Positions 8,504 to 19,973 of a DNA stretch of 64,000 nucleotides are shown here, piece after piece (position 1 is the stretch's first letter; each line of letters begins with the position of its first letter). The translations under genes were made by a program, and so were the position numbers. The stretch is from an uncultured Gemmatimonadales bacterium. GTDB taxonomy: Bacteria; Gemmatimonadota; Gemmatimonadetes; Longimicrobiales; RSA9. The notes below the pieces were generated by a model, which ran no database searches, was not told the DNA's origin, and saw only the letters and a list, made by a program, of their open reading frames with translations. The stretch spans positions 1,248,001-1,312,000 of the forward strand of contig CAWFKH010000003.1 of the NCBI GenBank assembly GCA_963816355.1, in the 5' to 3' direction.

Positions 8504-10734
8504 CCGCGCCGCTCGCCGGGCGCAGCGCCGGCGTCGTCCGGCCGGTCGGGCGCCGCCTGCGGTGCGGCCGCGGTGGGGCCGAGGCGCACGCGGGCATCGA
8601 CCGCCACGCCGCCGCGCTCGAACAGGACGAACGGGTTGATGTCCATCTCGACGATCTCGGTGTGCTCGCCCACGAGTTGGGACACGCGCTGGATCACCTC
8701 CGCGGCCATCGCGCGGTCGACGGCCGCCTCGCCGCGAACGCCCTCGAGCAGCGCGTGGCCGCGGATCGATGCGACCATCTCTCGCGCATCCACGTCCGTG
8801 ACCGGCTGCACGCGAAAGACGACGTCGCGCAGCGCCTCCACGTAGACGCCGCCCAGGCCGAACATCAAGAGCGCTCCGAAGCCTGGATCGAGCGTCGTCC
8901 CCACGATCACCTCGCGACCGCCGCGCACGAGCGGCTGCACGAGCACGCCGTCCACGCGCGCGTCCGGATCCGCCTCTCGCACCGCGGCGACGAGCTCCTC
9001 GAAGGCGGACCGCACCTCGTCGGCCGTGCGCAGGTCGACACGTACGCCGCCCACGTCGGTCTTGTGCACGATGTCGGGCGAGAGGACCTTGAGCACGACG
9101 GGCAGCCCGAGCGCCACGGCGCGCGCGGCCGCCTCCTCCGCGTCGCGCGCCACGTGCGCGCCCGCCACGGGTATGCCGTACGCCTTCAGGACCTCGAATA
9201 CTTCCATGAGACCGAGCTGTTCCCGTCCCTCCCGGCCAGCGGTCTCGAGGACGGCGGCGGCGCGGGCGCGGTCCACCTCGAAGGGCTGGACGCGGCCATC
9301 GGGGCGTTCCAGCCAGCGCCGGTAGCGGTCCATTCCGGCGAGAGCGCGGGCGGCGGATTCGGGGAAGATGTAGGCCGGAATGCCCGCTTCGTTGAGCTCT
9401 GCCCTTCCCTGCGGCAGCCCCTCCCGCCCCATCAGCACCGCGAGGACCGGCTTCTCCGGACCGGTGCGGTGCGCGCCCACGATCGCCTCCGCGACGTCGG
9501 CCTGCCGCACGCCGAGCGGCGGCACGAAGGCGGCGATCGCAGCGTCGACGGCGTCGTCGGTGAGCAGCGCCTCGAGCACGCGCCGGTACGCATCCGCGCC
9601 GGCGGATGCGATCATGTCCACCGGATTGCGAACGCTCGCCTCCTCCGGGAGCATCGCGCGCAGCCGCTCCTGCGTTGCGGCCGACAGCTCGCGCACGCGC
9701 AGCCCGGCGGACTCGCAGGCGTCGGCGATGATGATCCCGGGACCACCGGCGTTCGTCACGATCGCGACCGAGTTTCCGCGCGGCATCGGGAGCGTGCCGA
9801 AGGCCATCGCGAGGTCGAAGAGCTCCTCGACCGACTCGACGCGGATGACGCCGCACTGCGCGAGGAGCGCGTCGGTCGCGACGTCGAGTCCGGCCAGCGC
9901 ACCGGTGTGCGACGTCGCCGCGCGCGCGCCCGCTTTGGTGCGCCCGGACTTCACCGCGATGATCGGCGTGTTCCGCGTCACCCGTCGGGCGATCTGGGTG
10001 AAGCGCTGCGGGTTCCCGAAGTTCTCCAGATACATGAGGATGACGCGGGTCTGCGCGTCGTCCTCCCAGTACTCGAGCAGATCGTTGCCGCTGACGTCCG
10101 CCTTGTTGCCCACCGACACGAAGTTGTGGATTCCGATCCCGTACTCCGCCGCGTAGTCGAGGATCGTCACGCCCATCGCGCCGGACTGGCTCATGAAGCT
10201 CACCCGACCCGGCGGCGGCATCGCGGGCGCGAACGTCGCGTTCATCGATACGTCCGCCGCCGTGTTCGCGATGCCCATGCAGTTGGGACCGACCAGCCGG
10301 ATGCCGTAGCGACGCACCTGCTCGAGCAGCGCCCGCTCGCGCGCCACGCCGGCGCCGCCCACTTCCTTGAACCCGGCCGAGATGACGACGGCGCCTCCGA
10401 CCCCCTTCGCGCCGCACTCCTCGATCACGGCGGCCACGTGCTCCTTCGGCACGACGACCACGGCGAGATCGATCGGATCGGGAATGTCGCGGATGGAGGC
10501 GTAGGCGCGGATCGAGTGGATCGAGGCAGCGCGCAGGTTCACCGGATAGATCGCGCCGGTGAAGCCGTGCCGCACCAGGTTGTCGACCACCTGCCAGCCG
10601 ATCGTGCCCGGCGTCCGGCTCGCACCGACGATCGCGATCGAGCGCGGACGCAGCAGCGGCCGCAGCGATGCGATGCGACGACGCCGCTCCCCGTCGCCGG
10701 CGCTCGCCACGTCGCCTTCCCCTTCAGCAGCCAT
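8500..10734 (-). CDS. ADP-forming acetate/acyl-CoA ligase (fused CoA-binding, ligase and ATP-grasp domains)
   Basis: PRSIAIVGAS, GPNCMG, SQSGA, SVGNKAD, SHTGALAG (phospho-His), HKTDVGGV, EMDINP. Confidence 0.92.
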   Translation of the reverse strand: MAAEGEGDVASAGDGERRRRIASLRPLLRPRSIAIVGASRTPGTIGWQVVDNLVRHGFTGAIYPVNLRAASIHSIRAYASIRDIPDPIDLAVVVVPKEHVAAVIEECGAKGVGGAVVISAGFKEVGGAGVARERALLEQVRRYGIRLVGPNCMGIANTAADVSMNATFAPAMPPPGRVSFMSQSGAMGVTILDYAAEYGIGIHNFVSVGNKADVSGNDLLEYWEDDAQTRVILMYLENFGNPQRFTQIARRVTRNTPIIAVKSGRTKAGARAATSHTGALAGLDVATDALLAQCGVIRVESVEELFDLAMAFGTLPMPRGNSVAIVTNAGGPGIIIADACESAGLRVRELSAATQERLRAMLPEEASVRNPVDMIASAGADAYRRVLEALLTDDAVDAAIAAFVPPLGVRQADVAEAIVGAHRTGPEKPVLAVLMGREGLPQGRAELNEAGIPAYIFPESAARALAGMDRYRRWLERPDGRVQPFEVDRARAAAVLETAGREGREQLGLMEVFEVLKAYGIPVAGAHVARDAEEAAARAVALGLPVVLKVLSPDIVHKTDVGGVRVDLRTADEVRSAFEELVAAVREADPDARVDGVLVQPLVRGGREVIVGTTLDPGFGALLMFGLGGVYVEALRDVVFRVQPVTDVDAREMVASIRGHALLEGVRGEAAVDRAMAAEVIQRVSQLVGEHTEIVEMDINPFVLFERGGVAVDARVRLGPTAAAPQAAPDRPDDAGAAPGERRG

Positions 10735-10779
10735 CGGTTCGCCGTCGCGACGACGCCGCGCACGCGGCGGCCACGCCCC

Positions 10780-11820
10780 TCACGCCGGCGCCCCCGCGGC
10801 GCCGCCGGCGTCGGTCGCCGCTCGCGCGATCCGCAACACGCGCGTTTCGCCGTGGGCGTGGATCCACAGGTCGGATTCCGGCAGACCGGCGGCGCCCCAC
10901 GCCGAACGCAGGCGCGCCGGCGGCTCCAGCACCGGCTCGTCGCTGAGGCGGAACGTGCCCCAATGGATCGCCACCAGGGGGCCGCGCACCTGCAGCTCAC
11001 GGTATGCCCGCACCGCCTCTTCCGGATTCATGTGCACCGGCCGCATGAACCACTCGGGCGCGTACGCGCCGATCGGCAGCGCCGCGGCGTCGAAGGGCCC
11101 CCAGCGGCGGCCGATCTCGCGGTAGCCGCGGAAGTAGCCGCTGTCGCCGCCGAAATAGAAGCGCGCCCCGCGCGCCGTGACCAGTCCCCACGACGCCCAC
11201 GATCTGCGGTTGCGCGCGAAGGGACTTCGCGCGCACCAGTGCGCCGCCGGAAGCGCGACGAAGCGCATGCGGCCGTCCGCGCCGGCAACTGCGGCCTCGT
11301 CGCCCCACGCGCACTCGGCCACCGCCTCCGCGCCCCGCCGGCGCAGCCACGCGCGGTAGCCGGTCGGCGTGACCCACGTCGCCTCCGGCCACAGTCGCGC
11401 GAGCCGGCGCACGCTGCCGTCGTCGAGGTGGTCGAAGTGGTCGTGCGAGAGGAGCACCGCGTCGAGCGGTGGCAGATCCTCGAGCTTCAGCCCCGGCGCC
11501 GTCAGCCGCGAAGGACCCGCCCACTGTACCGGAGAGGCGCGCCGGCTGAACGCCGGATCGGTAAGGACGTTGAGACCGCCGAACTGCAGCAGGAGCGTGG
11601 AATGGCCCACCCACGTCACCCTCAGCTCCTCCGCCGAGGCCCGCGGCCGCGCGACCGCGGCGGCGACCGTGGGAAGCGCGGAGGGCGCCGGATCCGGCGA
11701 CACCCCGTGCCGGATCCGCTCCCACTGCCACTTCAGAAACGCGCTTCCGCCGCCGCGGCGATGCGCGTCGGCGCGCCGCACCGTGGCGGGAGCGCGGCCC
11801 GTACCGTTCTCTCTACGCAT
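10780..11820 (-). CDS. MBL-fold metallo-hydrolase (NAPE-PLD/RomA-like)
   Basis: TWVGHST, LTDP, SHDHFDHLD, FGGDSGY, LPIGAY, IHWGTF. Start codon uncertain. Confidence 0.85.
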   Translation of the reverse strand: MRRENGTGRAPATVRRADAHRRGGGSAFLKWQWERIRHGVSPDPAPSALPTVAAAVARPRASAEELRVTWVGHSTLLLQFGGLNVLTDPAFSRRASPVQWAGPSRLTAPGLKLEDLPPLDAVLLSHDHFDHLDDGSVRRLARLWPEATWVTPTGYRAWLRRRGAEAVAECAWGDEAAVAGADGRMRFVALPAAHWCARSPFARNRRSWASWGLVTARGARFYFGGDSGYFRGYREIGRRWGPFDAAALPIGAYAPEWFMRPVHMNPEEAVRAYRELQVRGPLVAIHWGTFRLSDEPVLEPPARLRSAWGAAGLPESDLWIHAHGETRVLRIARAATDAGGAAGAPA

Positions 11821-11885
11821 GCGGGAAATGAACGCGCTCGGGAGGGGCGGGCAAGCGGTCGCCGCGCGCAGATCCACGCGGCGAC

Positions 11886-12671
11886 TCAGAAGTGGCGTGC
11901 GGCGACGTAGATGAGAGGCGGAACCAGCGACAGGCCGACCCAGCGCAGCACGGACATCACTCCGCCCCCCTTCTTCGGGACAGTGATCTCGTCGCCCGCC
12001 TGCAGGTTCATCTGGTCGAGCGTCCGCCCCTGCGCCATCGCCGTCTGCAGCGGCTCGCCTTCCCAGATCACGTCGTCGCCCCGGTCGATCTCGACGTCCT
12101 CGATCTTCGCGTTGTCGCGCGGTCCGCCGGCCGCCATGAGCGCCTCGGTCAACACCGTCGTCGACGGCAGGACGTAGAAGCCGGGACGCCCCACCGCGCC
12201 GAGGACCGCGACCCGCATGAGCGACCGCGCCGTCACCTTCGGATCCTTGATGAAGCGGCCCAGCTCCCGCGTCATGTGGTCCTCCAGCTCGGAGCGCAGC
12301 ACCCCCTTCAGCGAGATGTCGCCGATCACCGGCAGGCGGACCACCGAATTGCCCGCCACCGTGAAGGTGTCCGTCAGCGCCTCTTCCCCCTGCACCGAGA
12401 GCCAGATGCGGTCGCCGACGCGGAAATCCCCTTCCTTCAGCCGCTCCCGGATCAGCGCCGCGTCCCGCGCCGCCCGCCCCCGGAGCGACGAGCTGTACGC
12501 ATCCAATGCCGCCGCCTGGTCGTACTTCTGCAGCAGGTCCGTCAGATCCTGACGCGTCAACTGGAGCCCGCTCGGATTCCAGTCCGCCGGATCCTGCGCG
12601 CGCGCCGGAGGCGGCGCCGCGAGCAGCAGGGCGCACGCCACGACGATGAATCGACTGGTGAGCTGGCTCAA
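11886..12671 (-). CDS. Polysaccharide export protein with SLBB domains (Wza-like)
   Basis: Signal peptide, FRVGDRI, LPVIGDISLKG, GAVGRPG, ALMAAGG, LQAGDEITVP and a C-terminal helix. Confidence 0.82.
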   Translation of the reverse strand: MSQLTSRFIVVACALLLAAPPPARAQDPADWNPSGLQLTRQDLTDLLQKYDQAAALDAYSSSLRGRAARDAALIRERLKEGDFRVGDRIWLSVQGEEALTDTFTVAGNSVVRLPVIGDISLKGVLRSELEDHMTRELGRFIKDPKVTARSLMRVAVLGAVGRPGFYVLPSTTVLTEALMAAGGPRDNAKIEDVEIDRGDDVIWEGEPLQTAMAQGRTLDQMNLQAGDEITVPKKGGGVMSVLRWVGLSLVPPLIYVAARHF

Positions 12672-12764
12672 ACGAGATCCGGATGCTGCGGGCCGCTGCG
12701 GCCGTTCACGTTCGACTTCCTCGACCGGGAAGAAAGGTAGGAAGGACCGTGCCGCCGCGAAAGC

Positions 12765-12989
12765 TCAAGCCGCCCGACTCAGCAGCGGTCCGCTGCACCC
12801 GGCGAGGCCGAACCCCGCCAGCGCCTCCAGCGCCCGCAGCAGCCGCTCCGTCCCATCCGGAATCGGCAACACGGCGTGGCACTTCGAGCAGAACAGCAGA
12901 TCCAGCTTCATCCGAGCGTCGGGCCAGCGCGGGGTACGGCCCGACACGGCCTCGGCGCCGTCGCCGCTGCATTGAAGACAGAGCATCAT
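12765..12989 (-). CDS. Small CxxC...CxxC (zinc-ribbon-like) protein
   Basis: MMLCLQC...LFCSKCHAVLP; GGAGG RBS; sigma54-like site upstream at 13033-13048. Confidence 0.55.
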   Translation of the reverse strand: MMLCLQCSGDGAEAVSGRTPRWPDARMKLDLLFCSKCHAVLPIPDGTERLLRALEALAGFGLAGCSGPLLSRAA

Positions 12990-13032
12990 GCCTCCGGGGG
13001 ATCGGAGCTCACGTTCGGTCCGCCTCGAGCCC

Positions 13033-13048
13033 GTCAAGAACAATGCCG
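13033..13048 (-). promoter_or_regulatory. sigma54-like -24/-12 element
   Basis: CGGCAT-N5-TTGAC on the minus strand; the -12 box is non-canonical (TTGA). Confidence 0.45.
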
Positions 13049-13366
13049 CCCTGCCCGTCCCGCCTTCGGTCCCGTGAAACCGCGGATTTCACGCGAAATC
13101 CTGGCTCTCCGCGACACGGATCGTTGCATGGCCTCGACACTCGTGGTGGGGTCTTGTTGCATCATTGCTCCGGCTGACGGCGCTCGATATGCTTGTGGCG
13201 TCCGCGGCGCGAGAGCGCCATCCCCTCTATTCCCGTGGGTCCGCCACCGTCGAGCGGGACGGCGCGGGCCGCATTCCGGCGGCGAGCGTACGCGGCGCAC
13301 GGATCGTGCAGGACACGCCGCCGCGAGCGCGCTCAATGACCCGCCACGGGGGCGAACCGACAACCA

Positions 13367-14296
13367 ATGCCACACGCCACCCCCTCGAGACGTCCGCCCG
13401 TCGTGCTGGTCGCGAACACGGAGGAGTGGTCCACACGTTCCGTGGAGAGCGTGATCGCCTCCGAAGGCTATCACGTGGTGCGCGCGCACACGGGCCAACA
13501 GGTGTTCGAGTACGCCGAATCGGCGCAGCCGGACGCGGTCCTTCTGAACGTGAGTCTTCCGGACCTTCCCGGGATCTCCGTGTGCCGCGAGCTGCGCGCG
13601 CGCTCGCTCGTCGCGCCGAGCACGCCGATCCTCATGATCTCGGGCTCTCTGCCGGAGCAGTCGGCGCTGGTCGAAGCGCTGCGCGCGGGCGCGTGGGATC
13701 TGATGGCCCTGCCGCTGGACTCCGAGGTGCTCGTCGCGAAGCTCGGCGCCTACGTCGGCGCGAAGCTCGACGCCGAGGGCGCACGCGAATCGAGCCTGCT
13801 CGACGCCGCCACGGGACTCTACAACCTGAAGGGGATCCTGCGGCAGGTGGCCCAACTCGGTCAGGACGCCGCGCGGCACGGGCGGCCGATCGCGTGCGTC
13901 GTGTTCGCGGCCGACCCAGGGGCCGACCGGGCCCGTGAGGTCGGCGCCGCTCTCGCCGACCGCGTCCGCGCCTCGACGCGCGGGTCCGACGCCGTCGGCC
14001 GCCTCAGCCGCAACGAGTTCATCGTGGTCGCGCCGGAGACCGGACGCGAAGGCGTGCTCAAGCTCGCCGAGCGACTCGCCCAGGCGATCACGGCCGCGGA
14101 AAGCGCCGCAGCAGCGCCGGGGCTGCACATCCGAGCCGGCTGCTACGCCGTGGGCGACATGGAAGAGGAAGCGCTCCAGCCGACCGACCTGCTCGTCCGC
14201 GCCACCGTCGCGCTGCGGCAGTCGCAGGCGGATACGTCGGGGGCGACGATCCGCTTCTACGACGACACCGATCTTACGAGCACGTCCCTCTCCTGA
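13367..14296 (+). CDS. Pseudo-receiver plus degenerate GGDEF domain protein with intact RxxD I-site
   Basis: REC fold with Asn at the phospho-Asp position (VLLNVSLPD). GGDEF-domain start DAATGLYN; RGSD-x5-SRNEF replaces RxxD-x5-GGDEF. Confidence 0.8.
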   Translation: MPHATPSRRPPVVLVANTEEWSTRSVESVIASEGYHVVRAHTGQQVFEYAESAQPDAVLLNVSLPDLPGISVCRELRARSLVAPSTPILMISGSLPEQSALVEALRAGAWDLMALPLDSEVLVAKLGAYVGAKLDAEGARESSLLDAATGLYNLKGILRQVAQLGQDAARHGRPIACVVFAADPGADRAREVGAALADRVRASTRGSDAVGRLSRNEFIVVAPETGREGVLKLAERLAQAITAAESAAAAPGLHIRAGCYAVGDMEEEALQPTDLLVRATVALRQSQADTSGATIRFYDDTDLTSTSLS

Positions 14297-14360
14297 TCCC
14301 GGCGGGCGGCCGCCAGCGGCCGATCCGCGCCGGGCTTGGCGCCGTGCCTCGCCTGCCTGC

Positions 14361-16751
14361 TCAGCCCTCCTGGAGCTGCGGTGCGGGCGTGCTTTCCGCT
14401 TCGTCGCCTTCCTCGACGCCGTAGCCGGGCAGATAGCCGTAGTAGCCGTAGACCTGCTCGCGCGGCACGTCGTTCAGCACCACCCCCAGAACCCGGATCG
14501 GCATCCGCTCCAGCATCGGCAGCTTCGACTCCATCAACTGGCGGTCCGTCGTGCCGGTCCGTACGACGAGCACCAGATTGCCGGCCAGCGCGCCGAGCAT
14601 GAACGCATCGGCGCCCGCACCCATCGGCGGACTGTCGATCAGGATGATGTCGTAGCGCGGCCGCAGGTGCGCCAGCAGCTGCCGCAGCGCCGCCGACCCG
14701 AGCAGCTCCGGTGATTTCGCGATCCTCGTTCCGCTCGCGATCAGCTGCAACGAGGGATACTCGGTCTCCTGCACGACCTCCTCGATGGTGAGGCCGCCGC
14801 GCAGGAAGTCCGTCAGGCCGGGAACCCGCTGGCGGCGCACCAGCCGGTGCAGCGCGCCACGCCGGGTGTCGCCGTCGATCAGCAGCACGCGCCGGCCGAG
14901 GTCCGCGTACGACAGCGCGAGGTTGCTCGTCAGCATCGACTTCCCGTCCCCGCTGCCCGCGCTCGACACCGCGACCACCATGGGACCCGCGGACCCGTGC
15001 GCGTGCGCGAGGCTCAGGCGCAACTCCCGGAGCGACTCGACCGCCTGCTGCACCGTCGACGCCCCGCCGTTCAGGCGACCGTTGCGCGACACGTGCGGCA
15101 GCGTCCCCAGGATCGGGAGCCCGAGGCCCTGCGTAACCTGCTCCGGGTAGCGGAACTTCGGGTCCACGCGGTCGCGCAGCACTGCGCCCAGCAGTCCAAT
15201 ACCCAGACTGCCCAGGAACGCCAGCGCAATCGCCTGCAGCTTCGTGTTCTGCACCGGCTTGTTCGGCACCGCCGCGCGGTCCAGGATACGCACGTCCGGG
15301 ATGCTGCTCACCGCCGAGAGGCGCGCCTCCTCGTAGCGCTGCTGGAGCGTCGTGTACAGGTTGTCCGCGATCGCCACTTGCCGGCGCAGCCGCGCCTCCT
15401 CGATCGCCCGCGGCGGGATCTGCTGCAGGTCCTGCGACGCCGATCCGATCTGCTGCGAGACCTCCCGCTCCCGCTGCGCCAGGCTCTTGTCGAGCGCTCC
15501 GGCAATGCGCGGAATCGTCTGCTCCTGCAGTACCCGGACCTCCTCCTCCAACTGCTTCACCGGCGGGTGCTCTTCGGTGTACTTGTAGCGCAGCGCCCGC
15601 AGACTCGCCTGCTTCTCGGTCAGCTCCTTCAACGCGTTCGTGAGCTCCGTCGAGCGCTGCACGGAGGGGACCACCTCCAGCGCCTCCACGCTCACGCCCC
15701 CCTTCAGGCCCTGCTCGATCGCGTCCCGGTCCTGACTGATCTGGTCCGCCTCCATCTTCATCTTGAAATAGTTGTCGAACACCGGGTCCTGCGTCACCTG
15801 CAGCCCCGGCGCGACCGGGCTCGCACGCTCCGACGGCAGCGTGATCGTATGAACGCGGAACGCTTCCAGTTGCCCTTCCGCGCTGCGCAGGTTGCCTTCC
15901 GAGCGCGTCAGCTGCTCCTGCAGGATCTTCGTCAGCTCGTCCAGCTTCGCCCGCTTCAGTTCCGCCGCCGTCTCGACGTAGCGATCGAGCACGACGTTCA
16001 GCGTCGCCGCCACCTGCTCCGGCGGCGCGCCCACGAGCTGCAGGCTCAGGAATTTGCCGTTCTGGTCGATCGTCGTCTGCATCTCGCGCGCGAGCTGCAG
16101 CGACGCCTCGCGCGGCACGTTCACGGCGAACTTCAGCGTCCGCCCCGGCCGCAGCACCTTTGCCGTCGGTTGCCACGCGATGCCGGCCGCCGCGCCCACC
16201 GAATCACCCACCTGCCCCGTCTCGACCACCGACCCGGCCGCCGTCTGCAGCGTGAAGGTGCGGCCGTCCTTCGCGACCTCCAACTCGTACTCACCGGGGC
16301 GGAACCGGTCCTTCAGGTCGAAGTCCGCGAAGTCGCTTCGCTCGGCATCCCCTTGGGGCTCCACGTAGAGGTGTTGCTTGCGCACCACGTAGTCGAGCAC
16401 CTTGAAGGAGCGCAGCAGGTCCACCCACGCCAGCGACTGGTCCAGCAGCCCGCCCGTCTGGATCGGCCCCCGCTCCTCCGCTCCTCTCCCTTCGCTGTCG
16501 ATCCAGACCGTCGCCTGCGCACGGTACTTCAGCGGGATGAAACGAGCCGCCACGATTCCGGCGCCCGTGCCCAGAATCGTAATGATTAGAATCATCCACT
16601 TGTAACGTTTCGCTGCGGCCAGGTAGCGCCGCACGCTCGCCATCGCGTTCGCATCCGCGCCCCCTTCCGCATCGTATTCCCATTCCGGAATCGACGACGA
16701 CCCCACCGTCACCGCGTGTTCGCCCGCATCGTAGGGCGCTGGATGATTCAT
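14361..16751 (-). CDS. wzc: Polysaccharide co-polymerase / tyrosine autokinase (Wzc-like)
   Basis: Two TM segments flanking a coiled coil, Walker A GSGDGKS, LLIDGDTRR, IIDSPP-type Walker B and Tyr-rich tail VYGYYGYLPGYG. Confidence 0.9.
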   Translation of the reverse strand: MNHPAPYDAGEHAVTVGSSSIPEWEYDAEGGADANAMASVRRYLAAAKRYKWMILIITILGTGAGIVAARFIPLKYRAQATVWIDSEGRGAEERGPIQTGGLLDQSLAWVDLLRSFKVLDYVVRKQHLYVEPQGDAERSDFADFDLKDRFRPGEYELEVAKDGRTFTLQTAAGSVVETGQVGDSVGAAAGIAWQPTAKVLRPGRTLKFAVNVPREASLQLAREMQTTIDQNGKFLSLQLVGAPPEQVAATLNVVLDRYVETAAELKRAKLDELTKILQEQLTRSEGNLRSAEGQLEAFRVHTITLPSERASPVAPGLQVTQDPVFDNYFKMKMEADQISQDRDAIEQGLKGGVSVEALEVVPSVQRSTELTNALKELTEKQASLRALRYKYTEEHPPVKQLEEEVRVLQEQTIPRIAGALDKSLAQREREVSQQIGSASQDLQQIPPRAIEEARLRRQVAIADNLYTTLQQRYEEARLSAVSSIPDVRILDRAAVPNKPVQNTKLQAIALAFLGSLGIGLLGAVLRDRVDPKFRYPEQVTQGLGLPILGTLPHVSRNGRLNGGASTVQQAVESLRELRLSLAHAHGSAGPMVVAVSSAGSGDGKSMLTSNLALSYADLGRRVLLIDGDTRRGALHRLVRRQRVPGLTDFLRGGLTIEEVVQETEYPSLQLIASGTRIAKSPELLGSAALRQLLAHLRPRYDIILIDSPPMGAGADAFMLGALAGNLVLVVRTGTTDRQLMESKLPMLERMPIRVLGVVLNDVPREQVYGYYGYLPGYGVEEGDEAESTPAPQLQEG

Positions 16752-16829
16752 CTCTGATCTGCCGTTCCCTGCGTTGGCCTGATCCTTCCACCGGCTCCTC
16801 TGAAGCCGGCAACGGAATTGCACTCGTCC

Positions 16830-16845
16830 AGCAAGGTCGATACCC
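16830..16845 (-). promoter_or_regulatory. sigma54-like promoter of wzc
   Basis: GGGTAT-CGACC-TTGCT (GG-N10-GC) about 80 nt upstream of the wzc ATG. Confidence 0.5.
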
Positions 16846-17102
16846 GCGACCCGCGCGCTTCCTTCACAGACGCCTCCGCAACGCCCGGAATCGCGCGGGG
16901 CGCACGTGCCACGACCGGCTCCGAAAGCTGAATCTCGCGCGCGGCAGCAGGCCCGACGGGGGGCGCGGCACGCAAATTGACGCAGCGGCGCAACACCTCA
17001 GGCGTCGTTCGAGGAGAATCGTTGCGCAAACTCGACACGGTCAACCATGCTTCGAATGGGAGCCTGCGGGAGCGTTCCGCAAGAGTCGATGAGGAGAGGA
17101 CC

Positions 17103-18642
<1,540 letters not shown>

Positions 18643-18656
<14 letters not shown>

Positions 18657-19734
18657 ATCTGTGGCGGACGCGGACATCCAGGCTGCACACCGACTTCTGA
18701 AGGAGGCGCTCGAAGCGACCGCGGAGCGCTGGCGCGAGCGCGACGATCTGCCCCTCCTCCTCGACACCGATCCGGACGTCGAGCTCGCCGCGATCGCCGC
18801 CGCCATCCGCGACACGCTCGACGCAGCTACGCCCCTCCAGCTCGAAGGCGGCGCCAATCCGATCCTGCGACGCCGCCTCGCCGAACGCCTCCAGCGCGAG
18901 ATCGTGCGCGCATGGCAGCGGCAGGACGTCCCCGATTCTCCCACGGACATCCTCCCGCTGCTCCAGGCCGCGATCGCCGCCGCCGACCGGCTCAATCCGG
19001 AGGGAGGCCAGGATCCCGCCGCCCTCCTCTCCTCGCCCGACGGCCTCGGCCTCATCTCCGAGATCGCCCACGACCTGCGCTCGCCGCTCTCCGCCGTCCT
19101 CTTCCTCTCCGATACGCTGCGGCGCGGTCACAGCGGCGAGATCAACGAGGTCCAGCGTCGCCAGATCGGCCTCATCTACTCCGCTACGCTCGCCCTCATC
19201 AACGTGGCCAGCGACGTCATCGAGCTCTCCCGCGGCGGCAATCACCTCTCCGAGGGCGAGCTGCGGCCCTTCTCCATCGCGCAGACCCTCGAGTCCGTCC
19301 GCAACATCGTCGAGCCGATGGCCGCTGAGAAGCACGTCGCGCTGCGCCTCCGTGGCGCCGACCCGGACCGCCGCCTCGGGCATCCGGTCGCCGTCAGCCG
19401 CGTCCTCCTCAACCTCGCCTCCAACGCGATCCGGTACACCGAGGAGGGCTTCGTCGAGATCGTCGTTCGGCCCGCCGGGCGCACGCGCCTTCGTTTCACC
19501 GTCCGCGACACCGGGCCCGGCATCTCGGAAGACGAGCAGCGCACGCTCTTCATGCCGTTCCGCAACCGGCCGGACCGCGGCTATCAGTTCTCCGGAACCG
19601 GACTCGGACTCAGCATCGCCCGCCGCCTCGTGCAGGCGATGGGCGCTGAGTTGAGCTTCGAGACCAATCCCGGATGGGGTACCGCCTTTCATTTCGAGAT
19701 CGACGCCCCGCCCGCGCCGCCCGACCCGGTCTGA
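18643..19734 (+). CDS. Soluble sensor histidine kinase
   Basis: H-box EIAHDLRSPL, N-box NLASNAIRYT, DTGPGI and GTGLGL. No TM segment seen; overlaps the regulator stop. Confidence 0.88.
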
Positions 19735-19755
19735 AGATCCACGCCGCAGCGCCGT

Positions 19756-19897
19756 TGTCGTAATCTCTCCACAACCGTTGGAGCACCGCCGCAACCGCGG
19801 CCGCTCCCGGCCGACGGCCATGTTTCTGTAATCTACTGTCACGCAACGAGTTATTGCATCAAGGGGCGGATCGCGACCTTCGCGAACGCGCCTTGCA
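19756..19897 (+). promoter_or_regulatory. Enhancer pair + AT-rich dyad + sigma54-like promoter (copy 1)
   Basis: TGTCG-N8-CCACA (19756), CGTTG-N8-CCGCA (19776), GTAAT-N17-GTTAT (19828-19854), GCGAAC-N5-TTGCA (19882-19897). Confidence 0.65.
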
Positions 19898-19907
19898 TGT
19901 AGCAGGG

Positions 19908-19973
19908 CGACGCGAAATACGCTCAGCCGGTGTCGACGCCCGCTCGGGAATCCCGAGTGGGCGTTCTGTTTTT
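19908..19973 (+). ncRNA. Candidate ~65-nt small RNA or terminated leader
   Basis: Lies between promoter copy 1 and a strong intrinsic terminator; contains no ORF. Confidence 0.45.
19936..19973 (+). terminator. Intrinsic terminator
   Basis: 13-bp stem ACGCCCGCTCGGG/CCCGAGTGGGCGT (one G-U pair) followed by TCTGTTTTT. Confidence 0.8.

Noticed and set aside
13367..14296. REC-GGDEF protein as the cGAMP synthase (Hypr GGDEF)
   Set aside because: The GGDEF motif and metal-binding residues are lost, so it is very unlikely to be catalytic.
16807..16822. Plus-strand CGGCAA-N5-TTGCA sigma54-like box, and a similar GGGATT-N5-TTGCT at 57291-57306
   Set aside because: Both fit GG-N10-GC but lack the accompanying dyad spacing. 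The first is about 280 nt from the next plus-strand start and the second lies inside a CDS. Chance matches cannot be excluded.
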